Assembly (NCBI RefSeq): GCF_030028105.1
Contig: NC_092392.1
Location: forward strand, 46,795,628 to 46,859,627
Length of the DNA stretch: 64,000 nt
Source of the DNA: Mobula birostris
Taxonomy: Eukaryota
Direction: 5' to 3'
Shown: positions 39,158 through 49,714 of the stretch, in pieces
Layout of the letters: every line of letters begins with the position of its first letter
How positions within the stretch are numbered: the first letter of the stretch is position 1
Made by a program: the position numbers and the translations under genes
The notes under the pieces: model-generated
What the model was told of the DNA's origin: nothing
Database searches by the model: none
Seen by the model: only the letters and a program-made list of their open reading frames with translations

Positions 39158-39739
39158 ATAACGGTAAGAATGTAATGCTGAGACTTTACAAGCACTGGTC
39201 TGGCCACACTTGGAGTATTGTGAGCACTTTTGGGCCCTATATCTAACAAACAGTGTGCTGACATTGGAGAGGGTCCAGAGGACGCTTACAAGAATGATTC
39301 CAGGAACAAAAGGGTTAATGTATGAGAGTGTTTGACCGTTCTGGGCTTATACTTGCTGGAGTTTTAAAGAATGAAGGAGAATCTCATTGAAACCCACTGA
39401 ATATTTAAAGACCCAGGTAGAGTGGACTCGAAGAAGATGTTTCCAATAGTGTGAGAGTCTAGGCCCGGAAGAGAAGGGCATTTCTTTAGAACAGAGATGA
39501 GGAGGAATTTATTTAACCGGGGTGGTGAATCTGTGGAAATCACTCTCAAAGATGGCAAGGGAGGCCAAGTCATGTGGTATACTTAAAGCAAAGTTTGTTA
39601 TGTTCTTGATTAGTAATGGTGTCAAAGGTTACAGGAGAAAGCAGGAGAATAGAGTCAAGAGGGAAAAAAAAATACCCATGATTGAACAGAGGAGAAAACT
39701 CGATAGGCCGAAAGTCCCCATTTCAGACATTTTTGGCAG

Positions 39740-40200
39740 GATGGTTATGCCAGTGATGCCAACATTTATTGCACATCCACAATTGCCTTGTGGGCAGTGA
39801 TGCAAGACCATCTTCTTCAAACACTACATTCATCTGGCGAATGTATTCCAAATGCACTGTGTAGGGAGCTCTAGGAATAGATACTGCAACCATGAGAGCA
39901 CGGTATCATATCCCCAAGTCCATAGGGCTACAGGACTTGGAGGGGACCCAGCATCTGGTGGTGTTACCATGCACCTGCTGTCTTTGACCAACTTGCAGCT
40001 CGACATCACGGTTTTGTGAAGTGCTGTCAGTCATCCTTGTACTGATGGTGTGCACACTGTGTCACTAATGGAAGGAGTGAACATGGAGCAGGCTACTTTC
40101 TCCCACAGAAAGTGGAACTTGAGTGTTGTTGGAGCAGCTGTACTCATACAGGCGAGTAGAGAGTTTTCCACCACACTGCAGGTTTTAGCTCGGAGGACCT
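39740..40200 (-). mobile_element. Old CR1/L2-like LINE 3' fragment
   Basis: gccaacatttattgcacatccacaattgcctt terminus; related reverse copy near 49040-49120. Confidence 0.45.
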
Positions 40201-40233
40201 GCCTGGTTCTTCAGGATTTACACATCAGAACCA

Positions 40234-41033
40234 CACTTGGTGACCACTTTATTCGGAACTGCTGCACCTAGTAAAGTGGCACTGAGGGCACGGTCGTGGT
40301 CTTCTGCTGCTGTAGCCTATTCACTTCGTTTAATGTGTTGTGCATTCAGAGATGCTCTTCTGCACACCACTGTTATAGCACGTGCTTCGTTGAGTTACTG
40401 TCACCTTCCTGTCAGCCTGAACCAGTCTGGCTATTCTCCTCCATCCTTTTATCAACAAGGCAATTTTGTCCACAGAACTGCTGCTGTTCACAGGAATTTT
40501 TTTTTGTGTTCTTCGCACTAATCAATCTATGTATTTATGTTGTTATTGTGCCCTTTATCTTGTTGTATTTTTTTTTGCACTGCTTTGGAGCCAGAGTAAC
40601 AATTATTTCATTTTCTTTTACAATTGTGTACTGAAAATGACATTAAATTATCTTGATTGCCTCATTTTATGTAAACTCCTGAGACTCATAAACACAAGAC
40701 ATTCTGCAGATGCTAAAAATCCATATATAAAAATGAATAAACTATCTGTTTCAGGTTGAGACACTGTATCAGGACTCCAAAGACTGTATGTTTTAAAATC
40801 CCAGGAGATCAGCAGTTTCTGAGCTATGCAAGCCACCCATTCTGGCACCAACAAACATTTTAAGGTCAAAAATCACTTAGATCACATTTCTTCCCCATTC
40901 TGATGTTTGGTCTTAGGAACAAATGAACTTCTTGACCATGTCTGCATGTTTTTATACATTGACTTGCTGCCACTTGATATATATTTGTTAACGAGGAGTT
41001 GTAGAGGCGTACCTAATAAAGTGGCACTGAGTG
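40234..41033. mobile_element. Non-autonomous Tc1/mariner-type element carrying nested LINE-tail (about 40520-40655) and Penelope (about 40690-40780) fragments
   Basis: TIRs cacttggtgaccactttatt / aataaagtggcactgagtg|ta; same family as 9397-9771. Confidence 0.7.
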
Positions 41034-41967
41034 TATACCTCAACAATCAGACACTGTCGGAGTTAGCACAACACACACAAAATACTGTAGGAACTCAGCA
41101 AATCTGGCAGCATCTATGGAAGGGAATAGACAATCAAAGTTCCAGGCCAAGACCCTTTATCAGGACCCTTTCTCTGAAGGAATTATCCTCTCATACAAAT
41201 GTATAATAAAATGAAAATGTAGCATTGATTTGAATCATTTTGTTTTCCTGCTAAGGGCCTGTCTGTTACTTCTACAGAGATTTGGTAAACACAACAAAGG
41301 GATTTCAAGGTTATCTGCTGAGGGATTACAAACTTCTTTTTATAGCCACCTCATTCGCTGCAGACATCTAATCCTAACATATTAGTGTCCAATCTTCTTC
41401 ATTATTAAGTCTACCTAAGTTAACAGGTATGAAGCTTTGTTTAAATGGATTTAAATAGTAATAAATAAAATATTGTTGTAGATGCCATTTTACATTACAT
41501 TTATTATAATTGAGGGCACTTTGTGCAGGCTCATATGTCAAGATGTTCAAAAGGGCAAGATAAACAATAGGATTAAAAAATTGTGCTCACATTTCAAACC
41601 GACACCAGATGAAGTTCAAACACAGGGAAATACTGAGATAAGGACGATGAATGATAGGGAAAAGGGAATATGGGAAACCAGCTTTACCTCTCTGAACCAG
41701 ATCAAAAACCAAAAAGTCTGTTTGCCCCAATTCCACAAGGGGACTAGAGAAGAGCATTTCAAAAGAGACGAACCAGTTCTAAAACAATAGTGTTTTACGG
41801 TGTAATGCACTTAAAAGTGTGAAACCATCTGAGAAAGATAAACCCACTTTATTCAATGGATGTTATTCAGACTCAGAACAGGATTAAACCTAGGATTCTA
41901 GCTATCAATCTGGTGTCAGAGATCTGTCCCACAATTGTGGTCTCCAATTAATCACCCTATTCAAATT

Positions 41968-43360
41968 AGCACTCACAACGTGCTGGAGGAACTCAGCAGG
42001 TCAGGCAGCATCCGTGGAAATGATCAGTCAATGTTTCAGGCCAGAATCCTTTGTCAGGACTGAAGAAGGAGGGGGCAGAGGCCCTATAAAGAAGGTGGGG
42101 GAGGGTGGGAAGGAGAAGGCTGGTAGGTTCCAGGTGAAAAACCAGTAAAGGGAAAGATAAAGAGGTGGGGGAAGGGAGGCAGGGAGGTGATAGGCAGGAA
42201 AGGTGAAGAAGGAATAGGGAAAAACACAATGAGTAGTAGAAGGAGGTGGAACGAAGAGGGAGGTGGTAGGCAGCTGGGGGAGGGGGCAGAGTGAAACTGG
42301 GATGGGAGATGGGAGGGGGAGGGAATTACCGGAAGTTGGAATATTCAATATTCATACCAAGGGGTTTGAGACTACCCAGACGGTATATGAGGTGTTGCTC
42401 CTCCAACCTGAGTTTAGCCTTATCATGCAGTAGAGGAGGCCGTGTATGGATATATCCGAATGGGAGTGTGAAGCAGAGTTGAAGTGGGTGGCAACTGGAA
42501 GATCCTGTCTGTTGTGGCGGACAGTGTGGAGGTGCTCGACGAAGCGGTCCCCCAATCTGCGTCGGGTTTCACCGATGTAGAGGAGGCCGCACCGGGAGCA
42601 CCGGATGCAATAGATGACCCCAACAGATTCACAAGTGAAGTGTTGCCTCACCTGGAAGGACTGTTTGGGGCCCTGAATGGTGGCAAGAGAGGAGGTGTAG
42701 GGACAGGTGTAGAACTTACACTTACAGGGATAAGTGCCAGGTGGGAGATCTGTGGGGAGGGACGTGTGGACCAGGGAGTTGTGGAGGGAACTATCCTTGC
42801 GGAAACCGGAAAGGGGTGGAGAGGGAAAGATGTGCTTAGTGGTGGGGTCCTGTTGAAGGTGGCGGAAGTTGCAGAGGATAATGTGCTGGATCCGGAGGCT
42901 GGTGGGGTGGTAGGTGAGGACAAAGGGAACTCTGTCCCTGTTGTGGTGACAGGAAGATGGGGTGAGGGCCAAAGTGCGGGAAATGGAGAAGATGCAGGTG
43001 AGAGCATCATTGATGATGGCAGAAGGGAAACCACAATCCTTAAAGAAAGGATATTTGAAATGTTCTGGAATGGAAAGCCTCATCCTGGGAGCAGATGTGG
43101 CGGAGATAGAGGAACTGGGGATAGGGAATGGCATTTTTGTATGTTGCAGGGTGGGAAGATGTATAGTTGGGGTAGTTATGAGAGTCAGTGGGCTGATTAA
43201 AGATGTCAGTGGATAGTCTGTCTCCAGAGATGGAGACCGAGAGGTCGAGAAAGGGGAGAGAAGTGTCCGAGATGGACCAAGTGAATTTGAGTGCTGGGTG
43301 GAAGTTTGAAGTAAAGTCGATGAAATTGATGAATCCAGCATGGGTGCAGGAAGCAACACC
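41968..43360 (-). mobile_element. Penelope-like element 3' part (RT C-terminus + GIY-YIG + terminus)
   Basis: RDRVPFVLTYHPTS and VIYCIRCSRCGLLYIGETRRRLGDRFVEH..VATHFN motifs. Confidence 0.92.
42025..42062 (-). ncRNA. Minimal hammerhead ribozyme motif in the Penelope terminus (core G8 mutated)
   Basis: CAGTC-CTGACAA-AGGATTCTGGCCT-GAAA-CATT-GACTG: perfect stem I, stem II AGG/CCT, intact GAAA. Confidence 0.65.
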
Positions 43361-43699
43361 CTAATCAAACCATGCTGTTACAACACAACAATGAGTATAA
43401 AGTGCCCATTCTGTGGTGAGGTACCATCCTCACTCTCAAGAAGGATTGTCCCGCGATTAGGTTAGGATTAAATCATGGGATTGCTAGGAGACCTGCCTCA
43501 AAGGGCTAGAAGTGCCTATTCTGTGCTCTATCTTAATAAATAAATATCCCACAGTACTGGGAAGACTGGATTGAATGGTTGTCCTTTGATGACATCAAGG
43601 TCAAAGTTATGTATTGTAACAAGAGCCAGAATGTTAATTCACAAACAGCAAGATCTCACAAACAATAATGCCAGAACGTCCATTTCAAGCAAGGCCTCC

Positions 43700-43955
43700 A
43701 GTGAGTCCATATGAGACTCTTCATCTCATGATCTCAATATTTATTGCTTATTTACTATTAATATTATTTCATTGTTTTCTTTCTTTTTGTATTTGTACAG
43801 TTGGTTGTCCTTTGCACATTGGTTGTCCATCCAGTAGGAGCGATCTTTCATTAACTCTGTTATGGCTATTTGATCTACTGAGCATGCCTACAAGAAAATG
43901 AATCTCAGGGTTGTATATGATGGCATATATGTACTTTGATATTACATTTACTTGT
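43700..43955 (+). mobile_element. Rex1/Babar-type 3' UTR fragment
   Basis: Same tail as 2690-2906. Confidence 0.65.
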
Positions 43956-44299
43956 AAGTCCTGGTTAACTGAAGATTGGCCCGGAGCCCAAGGGAAATCT
44001 CCTGCTCTACCAACAGGGCCATGGGAATATCCCGTGTTACTTGGTAGGGCAGCTGGGGACTCTTATTTCAGAAATACTGATGGAGTATAATATTGCACCA
44101 GGTGCTCAACCTTTGGAAGTAGGGCTTGAATCCACTATCCTCTTACTTCGTGGTGAGGGAGCGCATCACGGGGCCAGGCGTGTACCACCAAGCAAACCCA
44201 CGCTTCATACGAGTGCGATGTTTACAAAGACTCACATGTTGCCCTCATGTTAAAATCACATCATGTGTTACCGCAATTGCTTTGTTTACACTAGAATTA

Positions 44300-45250
44300 T
44301 AACTGTGATTTGCATTACACAGAAACAACACTGCTTATTGAAAGCGCTTATCTCGACGAACTCTCCATTTTCGTTAGCCTAACTCTGTACGGTGGGAAAC
44401 CGGGTTCGTTGAGGGACCGCTGTTCAAGCAACTTAAAATATGGTCGCAAAACTCAAATGAATACATTGCTAAAAGAAAGTAAAGAGAACGTTTAGTTGCA
44501 ACCTGAGTGCTGCTGTGTACTTCTGTGGTAGATGCTGACAGGTTATAGATTTTTTGCGCGTACTTCACTGTCAGCGCACCGTGGATTGTCATTGTGCAGA
44601 TAATCAAATCTCATTCAGTACAAAGAACTGTCGATATCATTATAAATCTCACGCAGCGGGAGCAAGGCCATGGCATGCCTTTAAGCGTTTATTAAAGTCC
44701 TCATTTGTTAGTTTGGTTTTCGTCCTAGAATTAATATGCGCCGAGAAAATACAAATTGCTGACAACATTGATACACTTATTGTGTTCTTGCAACAGGTTC
44801 CGTCAGTCTGCCCAGTCACAGACGCTTCACACACCTTCCACACATCCACCCCCAACAACTGAGCCATCCATTGCTGATTCTCCCCTTCACAGTGAACGTA
44901 AAGCGGAGACCTACCGGGTGCTGGCCGGCTACGATCTGTCATGTTGACCCCGGGAGCATCTGTGCGTACTACAAATGATCCACAGAGAGCTGATCAGTCC
45001 CGGCGAGAATATCACAACGTGGGCAGCATTTTGTGCACTGAGTGAGCCAGCCAGCGCTTCTTGCAGCTAATCCCACCTCTCGGTACCCCGTGTTGGGTGA
45101 GCGAGGAAGTCATAATTAGGTAAACTTCGCGTCCCACGAATTCCCTGAAAATAAAGAGACTTCCAAGATGACCGTCAATCCGCTTTTCTACAACATCTTT
45201 TAGTTTCCATAGGGACGGAGGTAATCTTCATATGAGAAGCTGGATATTAA
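44300..45250. promoter_or_regulatory. CpG-enriched unique region, possible promoter/5' end of the minus-strand anoctamin gene
   Basis: Visibly more CpG dinucleotides than the surrounding depleted DNA, no TE motifs, and it contains the candidate ATG exon. Confidence 0.4.
44915..44942 (-). CDS. Candidate first coding exon of the anoctamin gene (MTDRSRPAP + 1 nt)
   Basis: aacATG followed by 28 nt and a good donor CCG|GTAGGT, in non-repetitive CpG-enriched DNA upstream of the ANO2 exons on the same strand. No homology support; the phase-1 end needs an intervening exon to join 25526. Confidence 0.35.
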
Positions 45251-45599
45251 GTTACGAAGTCAATCTTCTTCAGGAGTTTAACTCTGGGGGATAATTAAAC
45301 CTGTCAGACCACAGGTGGATGAATTTCAGTTGGGTGGCAGTATCAAATGAAGAACGAATGGGGATAGGTATAAACCTAGTACCATAAAAGTCAACAGGGG
45401 AGTGATTTGCCTCTATCCTGAGGAGGAGTGTCTCAAATGGGCCGTATCTTATTGGACATTAAGTAATAATTCCGGTTACTCGGCTCTGTTCCATAATCCC
45501 TTGATAACTTTAACAAAAATAGGGCAGTCTCAATCCTGAGCATATCAATTTTGTACTCACTTGGGCTCCCCAAACAGTTGAGTCGGGTTTCTATGCTGA

Positions 45600-45732
45600 N
45601 NNNNNNNNNNNNNNNNNNNNNNNNNNNNNNNNNNNNNNNNNNNNNNNNNNNNNNNNNNNNNNNNNNNNNNNNNNNNNNNNNNNNNNNNNNNNNNNNNNNN
45701 NNNNNNNNNNNNNNNNNNNNNNNNNNNNNNNN
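45600..45732. other. Assembly gap (133 N)
   Basis: Run of n characters. Confidence 1.
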
Positions 45733-46314
45733 AAACGTAACTGGAAATGCATAATGAAGGTAAATGAATATACTTAAATTTACCCGGTTCAGAAGCACAC
45801 CACCTGAGAGACTGCTAATTTATCAATCGGAAAGAGAATGATTTTTAAAAACGGACTTATCGTTATTCTCAATCATATGTTTTTCAATAACCTCATGAGG
45901 TTTCTCGTGATCATGCTCGATTTAAAAGAAAACAACAGATAATGTCTATGTAAAATACTGTTCTTTGTGCCTGTCCAATCAGATAATAATTTAAGGAGTT
46001 ATCTTTGTATAAAAAGCTGAGGATGGCATCCAAGATGTGTGTTTGCATGCTATGCAGACAACCTAGATCTTCAGACTGAGATTTGGCACACCCACTTGAT
46101 TATTTATTGAAAACTGTTCCTAACTCTAAGTCCTGACCTTTTTAAAGAATAACTAAATTTCCTTCTGACAGAAAGTCTATTTTCTGGAATGATTTTGCAA
46201 TTTGGGAATTGTTGTTTTGACAATGGAGTCATGTGTAATTGGAATCATAATTCATGTCTAAATCATATGTAATTGATTTGCAAGATAAGGCACCTGTGTG
46301 TTAATTTCCTTCTT

Positions 46315-46690
46315 TCTAGATTCCTTCTTATCCAGCCCTTTACCTTTCCCCCTATCACCTCCCAATTCTTACTTCACCCCTCCTCCCCAACCCACCTGGC
46401 TTCACCTATTGACCTTTTAGCTTGTCCTCCTTCCCCTCCCCCTTTTTTATTCTGGCATCTTCCCCTTCCTTTCCAGTCCTGATGAATAGTCTTCATTTAA
46501 GTACATAAGACCATAAGATATAGGAGCAGAAGTAGGCCATTTGGCCCATTGAGTCTGCTCCACCATTCAATCATGGCTGATCCAATTCTTCCAGTCATCC
46601 CCACTCCCCTGCCTTCTCCCCGTACCCTTTTCCATAGATGCTGCCTGTCCTGCTGCATTGCTGCATCACTTTGTGTGTGTTGTGTGTTCA
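46315..46690 (+). mobile_element. Penelope terminus split by a minus-strand CR1 3' tail (about 46503-46628)
   Basis: ttccagtcctgatgaa ... catagatgctgcctg flank cataagaccataagatataggagcagaagtaggccat, a CR1 tail like the one at 13755. Confidence 0.7.
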
Positions 46691-46959
46691 TTACATCCTG
46701 CTTATTGTGCATCTGTAAACTTTAAGTAGAACTAATAATACAGAATACTTCAGCATAGAAACCAGTCCCTTTGCCCCCAATGTTGTGCTATACTAATTAA
46801 ATAAGCAATTAAAAGCCTAACTAAACTAATCCTTTCTACTGACACAATGTCCATGTCCCTCCATTTTCTTCCTATTCACTAAAGAGGATAGAACATCTCC
46901 CTCCCCTCCAATAGCATCTGAATTCACAAATGCCATTGTGGATGTAAGATCAGTCTTCC

Positions 46960-48190
46960 AGGAAGTCAACCCATGGAAAGCAATTGGCCTGGATGGAGTA
47001 CCTGATCCTGATATCCAGCGCAGATCATCTGGTGAGAGTATTCATGGACTTCTGTAACTGCTCCCTTCTTTAGTCTGAAGTTCCCATCTGCTTTATGAAG
47101 ACTGCTAACAGTTCCTAAGAAAAACAATGTGACATGTTTTAATGGCCACTGGCCTGTTGCTCTAACATCCAACATTGTAAAGTGCTTCAAGAGGTTGTTC
47201 ATGAGACACATTAACTCCAGCCTCCCAGACAATCTGGACTTGCTGCAAATCTTCTACCACTGAAAGAGGTCTATGGCAGATGGCGTTTCCCTAGCCCTAC
47301 ACTCATCTTTGGAGCATCTGGATAGTAAAACCATTTATGTTAGACTATCATTTATTAACTACAGCTCTGCCTTCAATAGTATAATTCCTAGCAAACTCAT
47401 CTCCAAACTCCTAAAACTGAGACTCAATGCCTTCCTCTGCAAATGGCTCCTTGACCTTCTGATGAACAGACTACAATCAGTAAGAATAGGCAGCAACACC
47501 TCTTCTATGATTATTTTAAACTCACGTCCTCCACAACATGCATCCTCATCCCCTGCTCCACTCCCTGCACATTCATGAATGTGTGGCTTTATTCTGCTCT
47601 AACTCTATCTTCAAGTTTGCTGATGATACCACTCTAATGGACTATATCTTAAATAATGATGAGTCAGAGTACAGGAAAGAGATAGGGAGCCCAGGGAGAT
47701 GGTGTCATGACAACAACCTTTCACATAATGTCAGCAAATTAAAAGAGATGATCATTAGCTTCTGGACTGGGAATAGAGCAAGTGCTCCTGTATACATCAA
47801 TGCTGCTGAGGTTGAGGAAGTTGAGAGTTTCATGTTGCGAGGAATGAACATCAGCAATAGCCTGCCCTGGGCCAACCACACTGGTGCCACAGCCGAGAAA
47901 ACTTTCCAGTGCTTCTACTTCCACAGGAAGCTAAAGAAATTTGGCATGTCCTTTTTAACCCACACCAATTATTATTGATGAACCATGAAAGCATCAAGGA
48001 TCTTTACACCAAAATACTGCAGAAATTTGTGGAGATATGTCAATGCATTCCTCCATAAACTCTATCTCCATTTCTTGTTGCCTCAGTGAACACAATCAAA
48101 GATCCGCCCACACATTGGGCATTAGATACAAAGGCCAGAAAGCACAAGGCTCAATACCACAACTTCTACTCTACTATTATAAAACTATTG
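46960..48190 (+). mobile_element. Degenerate Rex1/Babar-type LINE RT region
   Basis: SLALHSSLEHLD..YVRLSFINYSSAFNSI and IFKFADDTTL motifs. Confidence 0.85.
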
Positions 48191-48199
48191 AATGTCTCC

Positions 48200-48480
48200 T
48201 TGTCTATCCTCTATTATGAGCAAGTCAGTTCTGAATCTAAATGCTCAAGTCACCATGGATACCATGCAATATAATCTGGATGAGCCTCCTATGAGAGACC
48301 TTGTCAAACTCCTTACTAGACTCCCTGTAGATAATATCCACAGCTCTACCTTTACCACTCAATTGCATCACCTCCGCAAAAAACTTGATCAAATAAGACA
48401 TGACTTACCCTGCAAGCTTTGCTGACTGTCCTTAATTAGACCATTGTTTCAAATTGTTCATAAATACTAAGAATTCTCTC
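48200..48480 (-). mobile_element. Old CR1 RT fragment
   Basis: Reverse-strand VDIIY..FDKVSHRRL-like segment. Confidence 0.6.
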
Positions 48481-49714
48481 CTAAAACTTGGTAAAAATTA
48501 TTTTGAATATACTGAGACTTTCTTTCAGTTACAGTAATAGAATGTCTCAAGACATTTCTCAAGTCTTGAGATATTTGTTAGGTATGACTATCACTATAAG
48601 TAGGTGTTGGTATATTCTAATAACACTCCACTTCTCAGCAGCATCACTAAACAATGTTTAATGTCAAGTAATGTAAGGAAGTATTAGAACAGCAGATGAA
48701 AATCAAAATCAGAGATGTATGCAGCTGTTAAGGTAAATATTGAGGAAGAAATTGTAGGGTAGTCTAGAGCGATATGGGGAGGGAGTTCCAGAGTCCAGCC
48801 TCTGTAATGGAGACAAAGTGCCTAATGCTGAGAGATTATGAGTTTTAAATTATTTGTTGTTTCTGGTAAGAATGAGCTTATTCAAAAATAGTAGCGAAAC
48901 CTCAAGCAAAATGAGAAAGAGTTTCATTTCATCAGCTCACTGGAATGTCTCAATGTGCCCTGTAACTAATCAAACAATCATTGTTATAAACCCATGTGGT
49001 GGAAACTTAAAATGCTCTCCAGAATGACCTAGCATACTGTTCAGTTTCACTTAGATGCCTTGCCACATTTTCCTGAGAGCAATTTGGGATGAACAATAAA
49101 CAGTAGGCTAGACAGCAATGCCAAGATTCTTCAAAGATTGATTTTTTTAAGAAATGATGGAAGCAGAGTAGTTTATTTTCTGTTAAGAATGGCTTTATCA
49201 AATTGTGAGTGACTCTCAAAATAGAAAGGGCATTTATTCTTAATCCTGGTTCTTACATGTACTCTAAAATGCCACTTATTTTGTAAAATGTAAGACAATA
49301 ACTGTCACAAATATTAAAAAGTCACAAAATAGAATATTAAATAATTGAATAAGAACTAACAAATTTAATAAAAGAAAACAGCAGAACTAAAACACTTTAA
49401 AAAGATAATAAACATTCAAATTGATTAGAGCACTTCAGCGCTGACTGACTGCAGTTGCGACCTATGACCATTGGCATAGTGCAGAGGACTTAATTTTGGG
49501 GACTCTGTGATTAATGTTATTTATTTACCTTTCATTTGCTAGATTGGCTCTTTTTTCACATGTCGGGTATTCGATGGTCTTGTGTGGGGATTTTCTTTGA
49601 ACTTGTTCTATTGGGCTTCTTGGTTTTGCGGCTGCCAACAGAAGACAGATCTCAAGGTTGTCTGCTGTATACGCACTAATAATAAATGTACTTTGAACTT
49701 TGAACTGCAAGTAG

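Larger units (their letters stand above)
32510..39720 (+). mobile_element. CR1 3' half fragmented by nested insertions (pieces about 32510-32955, 36639-37091, 39158-39720)
   Basis: YLDFQKVFDK, GLVLGM|LLLTLCVNNL..GFVAKFVNDTK and ALVWPHLEYC motifs join across the insertion points. Confidence 0.85.

Noticed and set aside
42484-43200. 238-aa plus-strand ORF
   Set aside because: Antisense shadow of the Penelope ORF.
45433-45798. ORFs spanning the N run
   Set aside because: Artefacts of the assembly gap.
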